Positions 1 through 11,755 are shown, counted from the stretch's first letter. The stretch is DNA of 36,685 nucleotides from Octopus bimaculoides (GCF_001194135.2 NC_068985.1:86289257-86325941), one strand, 5' to 3'. A program made the numbers and translations. Notes: generated from the sequence alone by a model not told the origin.

Positions 1-54
1 ATATATATATATATATATACACATATATATAGATATCTTCTTTATTTTTGTTAT

Positions 55-450
55 TTTAATTTGTTTCAGTTGTTAGAGTGTGGCCATACTAGAGCACTGC
101 CGTGAAGAATTTTTAGTTGAACAAATTGATTCTTGGACTTCTTTTTTTTTCTTTAAACCTAGTACTATTTCTATCATTCTCTTTTGCCTAAACTACTAAG
201 TTACGGGGACATAAGCAAACCAACACTGGTTGTCAAATAGTGGAGATGGGGAACAAACACGTGCATGCACACACACACACACATACAATGGGCTTCTTTC
301 AGTTTCCATCTACTAAATCTACTCACAAGGCTTTGGTTGGCCTGAGACTAATAGTAGAAAACACTCACCCAAGTTGCCATGCAGTGGGATTGAACCTGGA
401 ACCATGTGATTGGGAAGCAAGCTTCTTACCACACAACCATGTCTCTGCCT
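55..450 (-). mobile_element. tRNA-derived SINE, family A (near full length, central (CA)n)
   Basis: Reverse complement of about 330-450 matches the plus-strand head at 8784-8960 (TGTGTGGTAAG, B-box-like GGTTCAATCC, CTTGGG-motif). The left part matches the tail half at 24275-24480. Confidence 0.85.
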
Positions 451-685
451 ATATATACCATTCATATCCTTATTACCATCTTTTTAACATTTACTTCCGC
501 ATAGGCCAGACTGGAGCATGTCTTCTATGGCTTGATGCCTTTCCAGTGGCCAAATCCAATTGTTCTCAGGTGACATAATATTTGAATAAAATGACAGCCA
601 TTCGTTCACCATAACTGAGGACAAGACAAAGAAACATTGAAATTCTACTACTACAAGAAATTACCGAATAAAAAAAATGTCAAGA

Positions 686-688
<3 letters not shown>

Positions 689-718
<30 letters not shown>
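689..718. repeat. (GA)n microsatellite
   Basis: Direct reading. Confidence 0.95.
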
Positions 719-722
<4 letters not shown>

Positions 723-1062
723 ACTTTATGTAAAGCCCAACAGAGTGACTGGAATTGACAAAAATTGAAATAACTGTTGAAAAAAATGAAAGCATGGAAA
801 GCAATTAGATTAGGAAGTCACCGAAAGACTGAGAATTCCATAGAAGCAGAGGCAAAAGCTAGTGTCACTATGAGAGAGAATCAAAAGGGGAAGGATCATT
901 GCCAATGAGCAGAAGGTGTTGGGGAGGCACCAGTGATTCTATGGAGAATATTGATGCGGGGTGCTCTGAATCCAAGCAAAGACATGTTTTTGTAGAATAA
1001 TGGAAACGAATGAATTTCATTTTTGACAATCATGTGATATCAAGTCAAGGAGACAGAAACAG

Positions 1063-1161
1063 TCATACATACACTCACATAAATGTACAGACATATATAC
1101 ACATATCCATATATATGTGTGTGTGTGTATTTATATATGTATATCTGTGTGTGTTTGTGTG

Positions 1162-1195
<34 letters not shown>

Positions 1196-1360
1196 TATAT
1201 AAAATGTTCATATATACACATACACACACATATATTCATATATGTGTGTGAGTGTGTCAGTATGTATATATATATATATATACACACATACATACATACA
1301 TATATCTACACATGCACATGCATATACACACACATACATACACATACACGTATATATGAA
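1063..1360. repeat. Compound (AT)/(CA)/(GT) microsatellite
   Basis: Direct reading; explains the YI/HT/CV-rich ORFs. Confidence 0.9.
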
Positions 1361-1466
1361 TGATAGGCTTCCATTTCTTTTTGTTTTCATTTCTTCTGGA
1401 GATAATCCATGCCACTTCCGACCGTGTCCACCCCACCCCATGACTCCCCTACACTTCCATACCCGA

Positions 1467-1513
1467 CCCCCACACTCTCTGCCCTCCCCCCACACTCTCT
1501 GCCCTCCCCCCAC
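1467..1513. repeat. 20-bp tandem duplication CACACTCTCTGCCCTCCCCC
   Basis: 1471-1490 is identical to 1491-1510, followed by a partial third unit. Confidence 0.9.
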
Positions 1514-1779
1514 CTCACACCCTAACTTGCCTTTATGACTTTTGTTCTGCTTCAACTACCGCCAAGTATATAAACATGTATATACTCATACATAGTTTAT
1601 TTTCTTCACAGTCAATAAAATACGATCAATTTCACAAATGGTCTGTGTCCAACTGCACCGCAGACACTTTAGATAACATTTGCTCTCAATCACCTTCGCT
1701 TAAGCTTAAACAAAGATGGTGAGTTATTTTAGAAGCAAACCAACAGCAATTTAACTGACACTACCATAAAAAACGAAGC

Positions 1780-1950
1780 TAACATGAACCAATGAGGGAG
1801 CCTCTGTGTGGTCTCTAAAACTCCTAGTAATAGCAGCTAAATGTGCCAATGTGGAGGCCTCTTCACCATGTAGAATTAATAAACACTCCTTTCATAAAGA
1901 TCTGCTTAATTGGTCTTGATCGGGGGTTTAACAATGACCACAACAACCAC
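1780..1950. mobile_element. Degenerate interspersed repeat, family E (unclassified)
   Basis: GATCTGCTTAATTGGTCTTGATC...AACAA and AATAGCAGCTAAAT resemble, in opposite orientation, 25385-25450 and 25660-25685. Confidence 0.45.
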
Positions 1951-2074
1951 TACCAAGCAATAAACTTAAAAGAATGTTTCAAAGCAGTTTTTTTTTTCTT
2001 GATAACATAGCAGCTCGGTCTCTCACAATAAACTGTCTTTTGATAAAATTTGTAGAGTTTTCTTGTATATCATC

Positions 2075-2480
2075 ATCAGCAGCAGTAGCATCATCATCAT
2101 CATCATCATCATTAAACGTTCCTCATCATCATAATTAGACGTTCCTCATCATCATCATTATCATCCAATGGTCATCTTCCAAGCTGAGATGTTTTGCATG
2201 GTTTGACAGCAACCAACAAGCTGGACGCCTGCATTGAGCTCCAGTGTCTATTTTGAGTTTGGTTTCTATGGCTGGATGCCTTTCCTAGTGCCTTTTTTTT
2301 TGTGACATCAGAGCTAGGGATGTCTCCATGTGAACTGCAAAACTAAAAAAAGATCCTCAACTAAATGGAGATGCAGTAGAGAGAGAAAGGTGACTGGTGC
2401 CGAGAGGTTAGGGTATGAGAGAAGGATATGCACAGTTGCCTTGCTTTAGAGGAGACCACATGGCTGTTCCATATTATATA
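2075..2480 (-). mobile_element. Degenerate RTE-tailed short element, family B
   Basis: (CAT)n tail at left, followed by TTTCTATGGCTGGATGCCTTTCC shared with the other family B copies. The right boundary is uncertain. Confidence 0.55.
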
Positions 2481-2859
2481 TGGGCGGGTGGGAGTAATTG
2501 CAAAGAAGACAAAGTCTTGGTGGTGTCAGAGAGTATTCTGAAAGTACAAACGGATGAGTTTAGGAGAGAAGAGAAAGAGAGGATCAGGAAGGGTTGGAGG
2601 AGGGGGGGCGATAAGTACATAAGAGTATGAAATGGTTAGAGATGGGGGTAGAGGTGAATGACAAGCAAGGGTGGCGGTGAAGTTGATGGGAAAAAGAAGA
2701 AGAAAAATGGAGGAGGAAAATATAAAAGAAATTAATATAAATGTAAAAAAGTAAAACATAAAATGAAATGGCAAAAATGAAAAATAAAAGTAAAACAAAT
2801 TAGAAAATGAATGTGAAAATTAAAAAAAGTAATGACTATAAAAACTATATGAAAATAGA

Positions 2860-2934
2860 GAGGAGGAGAACGAGGAATAAGAGGAGGAGATGGAGGAATA
2901 AGAGGAGGAGAAGGAGGAATAAGAGGAGGAGAAA
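2860..2934. repeat. 21-bp purine-rich minisatellite (GAGGAGGAGANNGAGGAATAA x3.5)
   Basis: Units start at 2860, 2881, 2902 and 2923 (partial). Confidence 0.9.
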
Positions 2935-3689
2935 AAGAGGGAGAAAGAGGAGTATGGGTCTAGACATAGTGTGAGGAGCTTAGCCAGAATATGGAGGGAG
3001 AGAAAAGGTTGTGAAAGAGAGAGAGAGAGAGAGAGATGTCTGTTTGATGTTTGAATAATTTTTGAAGAAAAGTTAAAAGGAAACTAGAATTGGTCATATG
3101 TCAGTCTTATGTTATGATTAATTGTTATTTAATTATTATTTATTTAATTAATTTAAGCATCAATGTAAAATTGGTAAACCATGACAACAGAGAAAGGTAT
3201 ATAATACCCCCCTTGTGAATAAGAACAAATAAAAACACCAAAATGAACAAAAATGTCAATACCAAAAGAAAAAAAAAATTGGGAAAAACTTCATAAAAAG
3301 AAAAGTTAAGCTTTTACAAATAACAGTATTTGTAAGAGTGTGGAAGAGGGGTGGGGTGGGGTGAGATGTATCAAGTAAGAGAGGTAATGTATACTTTAGT
3401 GTTGGGCATGGGGAGAAGTAGGTTGTGCAAAATGGCTTTGCATGAACTATACATACATAAATACATACATGCATATATGTATATGCACATACAAATTCTG
3501 ACACACCATTAATGTGTACATACATATGTGTATATATGTGTGTGTGTGTATTTACACACACACACACACCTATGTATACATGTACAATCTCACAAACCCA
3601 TACACAGACACATTTATACACAGATACATGCATACACTTATAGACATATACCTACATCTCTTCCCATATATCTGTGTCTGTATGCGCTT

Positions 3690-3850
3690 ACTTAGGGAAG
3701 AAACCCCGTACTTAACCGAACCTTTATTCTATCAACCCAATAGCAGTGAAGGACAAAGTTGATTTTGGCAGAATTTGAAATTGGAATGTAAAGAATCAAA
3801 AGAAATACAAGACTCATTTTATGACTTTCTAACGTTTCTGTCAATTTGCT
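3690..3850 (-). mobile_element. Degenerate SINE, family C
   Basis: Reverse complement resembles 28648-28865 (TTCAAATT..GCC, ACTTTG.CCTT, GGTTGATAGAATAAA). Confidence 0.5.
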
Positions 3851-4129
3851 GTCTTAAATGAAAAACTAGCAATGAAAATATAAAAGATATTTGCAATGGT
3901 TATGCTAAGACTTTCCAGAATTTCTTGTGATTGATGATGTATAAAGTACTAAGGTATATTTTTTCTTGGTACAAACATGAGAAACTGAATAATCCTTGGA
4001 TAAACAGGATTATTCAGTTTCTCTGCATTCTCTTTGCTCATTTTTGCCATCTACTTACAATACATACTAGGTGCATTTATCATGGACCCAGCTCCAAAGA
4101 GGTCGTCTTACCAAACAGTCACCTCTTAC

Positions 4130-5510
4130 AGATACAAAATTGTTTTGGAGATTGGAAAGTACAGAAATAGAGAATGTGAAATGCAAACAGGAAAAATAAA
4201 GCAAACAAAATGCAAGAAATCATCCATTTCCCCAGAAGAGAAATTTATCAATATGGAATTCTAGGGATATATAATTCCAAAATATATCGATTACTGAAAG
4301 ACGAAATGCGGAATCTACGACTCTCTTTACTGAGACTGAAAAGAAAGCAGTGTGGAACTGCTGGGAGAAAAATGTCTCCCTAAGATGGATTCAACTATGG
4401 AACCATCCATTCAAAGTGACAATATGTTGGAGTTATTAATGATATGAAAGCACTGAAGACTCCCAGTGAATCACGAATTATGAAGGAGATGCCAAAAATG
4501 TGTGGAAGAGTACATGATAGTCTTGTGTATAGTAAATCAAGTTGTAGAGGAAGTGACCGTAATCTGATTGCTGACAGTATGAACCACAATCATTGTTAAC
4601 TATTACAAGGACAAAGAAAACGAGAAACTTCCAAGGCATTACACTGTTAGATCAGATAATAAAAGTTATAGAAACAGTTCTAGCACAATTGATAAGAAAG
4701 AAAATCAACAAAGATGAGATGCAGTGTTTGTGATGAGAAGAGAAATGACTTCTGCTATTTTGCTTGTGAAACCAACTCAGAAGTATTTAGCTTGCTGTAA
4801 GTTCATACAACGACAGGGATTTGTTGACCTCGAGATGGTCTGTGACAGGATTCCATGCTCTGCAATCTGGATGCAGAAGGGGTAGACTTCATGTGCAGTT
4901 GGTAAGTAGGGCTGTCAGCATTAGAAACACAGAGTAAACAGATTCTCTCAAATACACAAAAGGGTCCCTAAAAGGAGTAGAATACCTTTGTTACCTAGGT
5001 GACTTAATTCACTATTATAGGGGTTGGTGCTCTTGATAGCATTGCACTCAGGATATGAATGGGCAGGGAAATGTTCAGGAAGCTGTTAGCTATGCTAGCA
5101 ATAAGGAGCTTCTTCCTCTTGGGAAAAAGGTCGAGTGTATGATGCTTGTGTGCAAAGTGTAATTCTGTATGGCCTAAAAACATGCATCCTGAGTGCAGGG
5201 AGGGCTGCAATGACCAAAAGCTAATGATGCCAGCATGTAATGTTGCATTTAAAATATTAGTTGCATCAGAAGAACTTTGTATTAAAGTAAAAGTAAATCT
5301 AAGAGAAGAGAGAAGACTGTATTGATATGGGAAGATGATGTGCAAGGAACCCATGGAAGAAAGAGGTTGAAAAAGAGGAAATGGTGAAGATTGATTTGGA
5401 GATGCTGCACTCCATGGAGATAATGACAAAGGATTGTGTTAACTAGTGACAACTGACCTCTCTACTCATGGAAAAGCCTAACGGAACAAACATTAAAACT
5501 GGTGTTGATG
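4130..5510 (+). mobile_element. Decayed RTE-clade LINE ORF2 fragment (RT domains 1-3 plus C-terminus; internal deletion)
   Basis: Manual translation gives NFQGITLLDQIIKVIETVLAQLIRKKINKDEMQ (from 4626), FVDLEMVCDRIP (from 4820), VEYLCYLGDLI (about 4977) and DACVQSVILYG. These are RTE RT and C-terminal motifs with many stops and frameshifts. Confidence 0.85.
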
Positions 5511-5544
5511 AAGGCTTGGAGATCTAACACATTGATTGTAACCA

Positions 5545-6147
5545 ATGGCCTCTACTGTCATTCCTTCTCTTCACGTTTGTTCATTATTTACCCCCCCNNN
5601 NNNNNNNTGCTCCTCCATTGTTATCCATCACTCCCCTCCACCATCCCCTAACCCTAAGGGGACTCTTTCTGCTGACATACAACATGACTCTCTTTACCCC
5701 CGCTGCCAGTTATTTTGGTTCTCACAATTCTAGTCACGTTCTTCCTCCTCTGCAGTATTGTCTTCAATGCATGAATGTACCCAAGACAAATGAGGACTTT
5801 AGTTTTACAGGGTAGACCAAAACCCCACTACCAGGATGTTTTGTAAAGGGTTTGGTGGAGACTCAAAGTTGAAACTGTGTCGAGGAGAACCATTAGTTTG
5901 ATTGAGGAAATGAGGCTTCTCTTGGTGTTGGAACCACAATGAAATACATTGAGGGCACTGTAAAGTAGATGACGGTGATGGTGGGGAGTGGTATAAACGA
6001 AATCAGAACTGAAATGTACAAGTGTGATGTGGTCTTTTGATCCACATTGGAGGCCAGTGACTCTGTCACAGATTGTAATGACCTCTTCATCTCATATCTG
6101 AATGGAAAGTGGGCATGATGATGACAATGATGACGATGATGATGATA
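5545..6147 (+). mobile_element. Possible highly degenerate family B element
   Basis: Ends in ATGGAAAGTGGGC followed by (GAT)n, like the family B tail ATGGAAAGTGGACGTTAAAC(GAT)n at 34280-34317. Body similarity is weak. Confidence 0.3.
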
Positions 6148-6486
6148 TATTGTTATAATGATTTTCAAGTGGTTTTACAAAGAAAGCAGAGAATACTCGA
6201 TACATTATGTAGAGTAAGTACATTTATTAAAGGCTACATACATGCATATATATATATATATATATATATANNNNNNNNNNNNNNNNNNNNNNNNNNNNNN
6301 NNNNNNNNNNNNNNNNNNNNNNNNNNNNNNNNNNNNNNNNNNNNNNNNNNNNNNNNNNNNNNNNNNNNNNNNNNNNNNNNNNNNNNNNNNNNNNNNNNNN
6401 NNNNNNNNNNNNNNNNNNNNNNNNNNNNNNNNNNNNNNNNNNNNNNNNNNNNNNNNNNNNNNNNNNNNNNNNNNNNNNNNNNNNNN

Positions 6487-6538
<52 letters not shown>

Positions 6539-7094
6539 CAAATACAATAAATAAAGGAATAAATAAAAGGATAAAATAATAACAGTAATAATAAAAATAA
6601 CAACCACAACAATAATAATAATCTTCATTTAGTCTAATTTAACCTGATTATTGTAAAAACAACTGTGAAATGTCTTCTCACTTAAGCTTAGCAATTCCTC
6701 TCATAATACATGAAATAGTGAAACTAGACTTTACTTTCACATGTCAATACCAATTTGTTTAGGAAATTTTCAATAACTAACTCACTATATTGTATTGTAG
6801 CATTCATTCAGATATTTGGTGCATAGTTTTGCTTTTTTTTTGGTTTTGTTTTGGTGAGGTGGTGGTGGTGGTGGTGCTGGTGCTGGTGGGTAGTTAATAA
6901 TCTTTTCTAGGTATTCAATGCCTGCAAAACTAAGAGAGCAATAATTGAATTTAGAATCAATACTTCAGATAATGTTCTTTATTTGTTGGGTGTTCACTTG
7001 GCTGATCCCTTTTTTTTTTTGCCCTTATTTGCAGGAATTTTAATTATAAACCCTACTTAGATCTTAATTTTGCAACTAATTATTATACACCCAC

Positions 7095-7320
7095 CTCGCC
7101 ACCCATGTTTACCACATGTAATTTCTGGTCATGTGGTTAAGAAGTTCTCTTTGCATTAGAATGATTCTAGGCTCATTTCCATAGCACAGCTTAATACCTG
7201 GGGCCAAATTCTTCTTCCAGAGTCTCTGAGATTGAGCTAAACTGAGCAGAGAGAAACTGTGTCGAGGTCTGTGGAATGGACAATACCTGATGGCTTGTGG
7301 TGTCTCTTTTGTGTTTTCCA
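7095..7320 (+). mobile_element. Degenerate family A SINE head
   Basis: GTCATGTGGTTAAGAAGTT... resembles the head at 8784. Confidence 0.4.
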
Positions 7321-7744
7321 TTAGTTTTCAAAGTTCCACAAATGTCAAAAGCTCCACTTTCTCTTCTCTTATTAGAAATATAATAAGTAGCAATCTTCAT
7401 CGTTATTTTAATGTCCAGTATTCCAGAGTTGGGCTGGTTGCATAGAACTTATGGAGGCAGATATACTGCAGCTGGATGCTCTTCCTGTTGCCAACCAATT
7501 TAATGTTGTCATGAATTGAACAAAAGTATTTGAGGCAGCATTTTATGGTTGAATGACTTTCCTGATGCCAACATCTTTAGTTATCTTTTCTAGCATCCAT
7601 GGATCTGATGTTAAAATATCCAGGGATATTCTCAAATTCAAAATAGCCACTGGGATAATCCAGACTTTGGTCTACTAAATAAGAAGTTGGTAAACTTTGT
7701 TTAGATTAGATTGGGAAAGGTTTTATGTCTTCTGCTCCGAACTG

Positions 7745-7781
<37 letters not shown>

Positions 7782-8004
7782 GGAAAAAGATAAAATTAAG
7801 CCTGGATTCTACAAGGTTATCAAATGGTAAATTTTAGAAACATTATATTCAAATTTCACCTGTCAGTTTTAATAACAGAGAAATTGGTTTGTGCCTTGTA
7901 TAAGACATGTTGGGAAGTATTAAAACAATATTTCTAGTGAGGCTGAATAGAAGAAATTGTGGTGGCAGGATAAATGTTGCAGCAGGAACCAGTTTATTTA
8001 CTTT

Positions 8005-8007
<3 letters not shown>

Positions 8008-8038
<31 letters not shown>
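8008..8038 (+). repeat. Poly(A) run, 31 nt
   Basis: Direct reading. Confidence 0.95.
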
Positions 8039-8039
<1 letters not shown>

Positions 8040-8509
8040 AACACTCCCTCATTTCTTAGAATAAATTTATTCCTGTAAATTAAATGGCAACAGTGTATGA
8101 AATGCTATTAAGTCTGTGTTGCTCCATTCATTTAGGAAGGTGAAACCATTTACTGCTTCAAATATTTCACCTGGGGAAACTTTCATTGCCACCAATCGAA
8201 GTCATCTCACTAATTTTTATTAACAGAAAACATTAATTCATTTGAGGTTGCACCAAATGTCAGACATAGGCTCTAGTCTTAGTCTTATCATTATTATTAT
8301 GAGTGTTATTGTTCATAAATTGAATAATGCTAGAAATTTCCTGTCTGCAACATCACAATAAAGTTGGTTGTTCAATTTTGGCCCATGGAGTCTGGTTTAC
8401 TGGCTTCTTCTCTAAATTATAAATATTTCCGTCCCAAGATATTTCAAAAATGTTAGTTTATTTTATTTCAGATAGTAAAGCTCCAATACTAAGCAGCATT
8501 GTAAAACTG

Positions 8510-8625
8510 TGGGATAGAATGTCTTCATATATTGGTTCTGAGTCCTGGTGCTCTGAGTTCAAATCTCACCAACGTCAAATTTTCTTTTCGTCCTTTTGGA
8601 GGACAATAAAAAAAATATACCAATC
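8510..8625 (+). mobile_element. Degenerate SINE, family C
   Basis: TCTGAGTTCAAAT...TTTTCGTCCTTTTGG matches the family C core. Confidence 0.5.
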
Positions 8626-8783
8626 GAAGGTGGTGGATTGCCAGAACTGTGAGAGGGTCCAGGGTTGTGCCTTGTGATGTTTGTTTTGGTTATTTGCATT
8701 CTAACAGCAATGTCACTGGTGCCAAACTGTGTTGGTCCAAGTCAGTGGACTTTTTCTTGGATAAACATTAGTATTGTAGGGAA

Positions 8784-8961
8784 AAGCGCAGGAGTGGCAG
8801 TGTGGTAAGTAGCTTGCTTACCAGCCACATGGTTCCGGGTTCATTCCCACTACATGGCACCTTGGGCAAGTGTCTTCTACTATAGCCTCGGGCCGATCAA
8901 AGCCTTGTGAGTGGATTTGGTAGACGGAAACTGAAAGAAACCCGTCGTATATACGTATATA
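8784..8961 (+). mobile_element. tRNA-derived SINE, family A head (well preserved)
   Basis: A-box-like TGGCAGTGTGG (8795-8805) and B-box-like GGGTTCATTCC (8837-8847), then CCTTGGGCAAGTGTCTT; runs into (AT)n and a gap. Confidence 0.85.
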
Positions 8962-9056
8962 NNNNNNNNNNNNNNNNNNNNNNNNNNNNNNNNNNNNNNN
9001 NNNNNNNNNNNNNNNNNNNNNNNNNNNNNNNNNNNNNNNNNNNNNNNNNNNNNNNN

Positions 9057-9097
<41 letters not shown>

Positions 9098-9169
9098 CAC
9101 ACACACACACACACACCTGGCATATATACATATGTATGTACGTATGAATAAATGCCAGTTCACTCCTTG

Positions 9170-9755
9170 TATTACCAGCAACCTGTAACCCAGAGCAACT
9201 TGTTGCATGGTCTGGCCATTGGCAACAAAATGGGCAACACTACCAAGCGTGCTTGGTAAGGAGTTGAGATTTTGTTGGACATCCTGCAGGCCAAACGCAA
9301 AACCTATGAAAGAACAGATGAACTTAGTTGATTCAACAACTTGATGAGAGAGACCCCAGGGTCTTGTTTAAACATATCTCTAGAAGAAGAATTACTCTGA
9401 GGTAACATCTTTGACTATGCTTGCATCCAATGATGTAGACTAGTTCGTCTTTTTGGACAAAGGCTTACATTATTAAGAGAGTAAAACTGGCCCTGTACAA
9501 GGCCTTCCCTCATTCTAAAAAGCATCAATTATTTTAAAATATCTCTATCGTGTGTTGCATATTATGGCTGGGTATAACTGAGAAAGGAAAAACATTCAAT
9601 GAAAAATGCCATAAAGGAAAGAAGGCATGTGTCAGTGTGGGTGGTAAGCTCTCTGAACACCAGCTGCAAGAGGCACCCATCATTGCCACATCTGTGTAAA
9701 AGAGTGTAAGTCTCTAGCGGGGCTGAAAAGCCACATCTGGGCTGATCATGTCTAA
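9170..9755 (+). mobile_element. Decayed 3' fragment of an RTE/RTEX-type LINE ending in a C2H2 zinc finger
   Basis: Frame-shifted QL.AWSGH...KMGNT..KRAW.G...KTY (LRWxGH motif) and terminal HCHICVKECKSLAGLKSHIWADHV* (9681-9755). Confidence 0.6.
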
Positions 9756-10186
9756 CAGAACATTCAGGCAATAGAATTGATTGAAATCAAATTGTAGCTA
9801 TTATGTATGTACAAAAAGCAGATATGTATATATGTGTATGTGTGTGGGTCTGCATATATGCATGTGCATATGTATCAAACACTGTGTGTGTGTGAGTGTG
9901 TGTGTGTGAGTGTGTGTGTGTGTGTAATATATTCTTCGTTATTCAGAATTCATTACCATATGGTGGAGATTTGGCAACAAGCGTACAAGAATGTTTATTT
10001 AACACATGGAGCATATGAATTAATTTTATATTAAAACATATACATTTATGTATATCTACCTTCCTCTCTCTTTATACATACATACACAAACTCATCATCA
10101 TCATCATCATCAGCATCTTCAATTTTTCATCCATTTTTTTCCCCCAAACATGTAAATACACAAACATACAGGTATAAATATATTTG

Positions 10187-10225
<39 letters not shown>

Positions 10226-10438
10226 ATGTATGTGATTGAGTGTACATGTGAAGTTGTACATACACATTTTTGTATCATGTGCTTCAATATGAAATATGCC
10301 ATCAGGTTTAATAATTTCTATACCATTTACAGTAAACAGCAGATATTTGAAAAACTGCAATCTTCTAAGAAAAATTTCAATAGGTGCACACACACACACA
10401 GACACACACACACACACACGCACGCACACACATATGTA

Positions 10439-10729
10439 TGTGATAGAAGTTAATCATTAATATATTTGAAGGTGGATAAAATATTTAAGTTATGTGTGTG
10501 TACATACATATATATCTGTAAATACATGTATATATGTATGTGTATATATGTATGTATATATATATTGCGTGTGTGTATATATGTATGCATGTATATGAAT
10601 GTCTGTGTGTGCATCATCATCAGCATCATCATCGTTTAACGTCCGTTTTCCATGCTAGCATGGGTTACACATATATGACTTAAGTGTTTTTGCCATCTTC
10701 AAATATATTAATGATTAACTTCTATCACA
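10439..10729. repeat. 64-bp inverted repeat (arms 10439-10502 and 10666-10729)
   Basis: Outer 33 bp are a perfect reverse complement; inner 31 bp match at 23 of 31 positions. Confidence 0.9.
10610..10666 (-). mobile_element. Truncated family B tail
   Basis: CATCATCGTTTAACGTCCGTTTTCCATGCTAGCATGGGTT matches the tails at 23721 and 34317. Confidence 0.8.
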
Positions 10730-10989
10730 CATATACATAAGTGTGTGTGTGTGTGGATCTGTTGAATTGTTTCATTAGATACATATGGATACATACACAC
10801 ATATATACATAGACACACATACATCACTGCATGTATAGATGTACATAGATGATGTAATATCTATCATATAGCTAAAAAGATTATGAAGCAACTTTTAACA
10901 TATCCAGTAAACATTTACTGTCTCACCTCACTCCTCATCCCTTCTATACGTATATATATATATGTATATATGTATGTATACACCTTGTC

Positions 10990-11030
<41 letters not shown>

Positions 11031-11349
11031 CTTAGTATATTGGAGTATTCAAACAACAGACCATAATGTAATCCTTGTATTATCCTTTTTCATGCCCTAA
11101 TGAATTTGCACCCAAGGTATTTTGAAATGCAAGACTTTGGATGCAACTTGACCAGCTCCGTGTGGCTGGAATTCTGATGGCGATACACGACGTTGCGAAT
11201 CTGTGAAGAATGCCTTCACAATTGTGATTAAACCAACTTTGCTGCTTCCACACCAAGGCAACCTGGCTACCAATTGTCCAGAGATGAAATGCTTGTACAG
11301 ACAGAAATATTGTTATTTGTTCAGAGATTCTTGTTCCCGCTCAATTTCC

Positions 11350-11636
11350 TTCCATGACTATGGACTGCAATCATGCTTGGGCACCACTCACCTTGAAGGG
11401 TTTAATTGAAAATCAACCCCAGCACATTTCTAAGCCTGGTATTTATTTTATTGGTCGCTCTTTGCCAAACCACTAGGTTATGGGAGATGTAAACAAACCA
11501 ACACTGGTTGTCAAGTGAAGGGAGACAAACACAATGGCACAGTTTCCATCAACCAAATCCATTCTTACCGCTTTGGTTGGCCCAGGGCTATAGAAGAAGG
11601 CTTTGCATGGGACTGAACTCAAGATCACATGGTCAT
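11350..11636 (-). mobile_element. Degenerate family A SINE
   Basis: AAACCAACACTGGTTGTCAA and CAGTTTCCATC..CCAAATCCA...GCTTTGGTTGGCC are shared with 55-450. Confidence 0.7.
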
Positions 11637-11724
11637 AGACAGACAGACAGGCAGACAGACACACTCACACACACATGCATGCACACATACACACATCTAA
11701 TGATTATTATTATATTTGTCAACG

Positions 11725-11755
<31 letters not shown>

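Noticed and set aside
730-1010. Weak RT-like peptide fragments
   Set aside because: Similarity too low to support a LINE call
1010-1555. ORFs rich in YI/HT/CV (also at 3256-3762, 9807-10632, 13579-13791, 16224-17014, 21231-22026)
   Set aside because: These are translations of dinucleotide microsatellites
6109-6628. Long ORFs containing X runs (also 8818-9208, 12307-12657, 15819-16254, 19131-19427, 21972-22963, 26916-27791)
   Set aside because: They are open only because N gaps contain no stops
8008-8038. Poly(A) as the tail of a processed pseudogene
   Set aside because: No upstream AATAAA, ORF or TSD identified
8784-8860. Possible tRNA gene
   Set aside because: Only A/B-box remnants with no cloverleaf; continues into the SINE body
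9179-9255. Candidate exon (CCAG|...|GTAAGG) encoding TCNPEQLVAWSGHWQQNG
   Set aside because: Better explained as the LRWxGH region of the decayed LINE that continues to the zinc finger
11100-11340. GC-richer coding-like stretch (QLRVAGILMAIHD)
   Set aside because: Only weak resemblance to a LINE motif; stops in all frames; cannot classify
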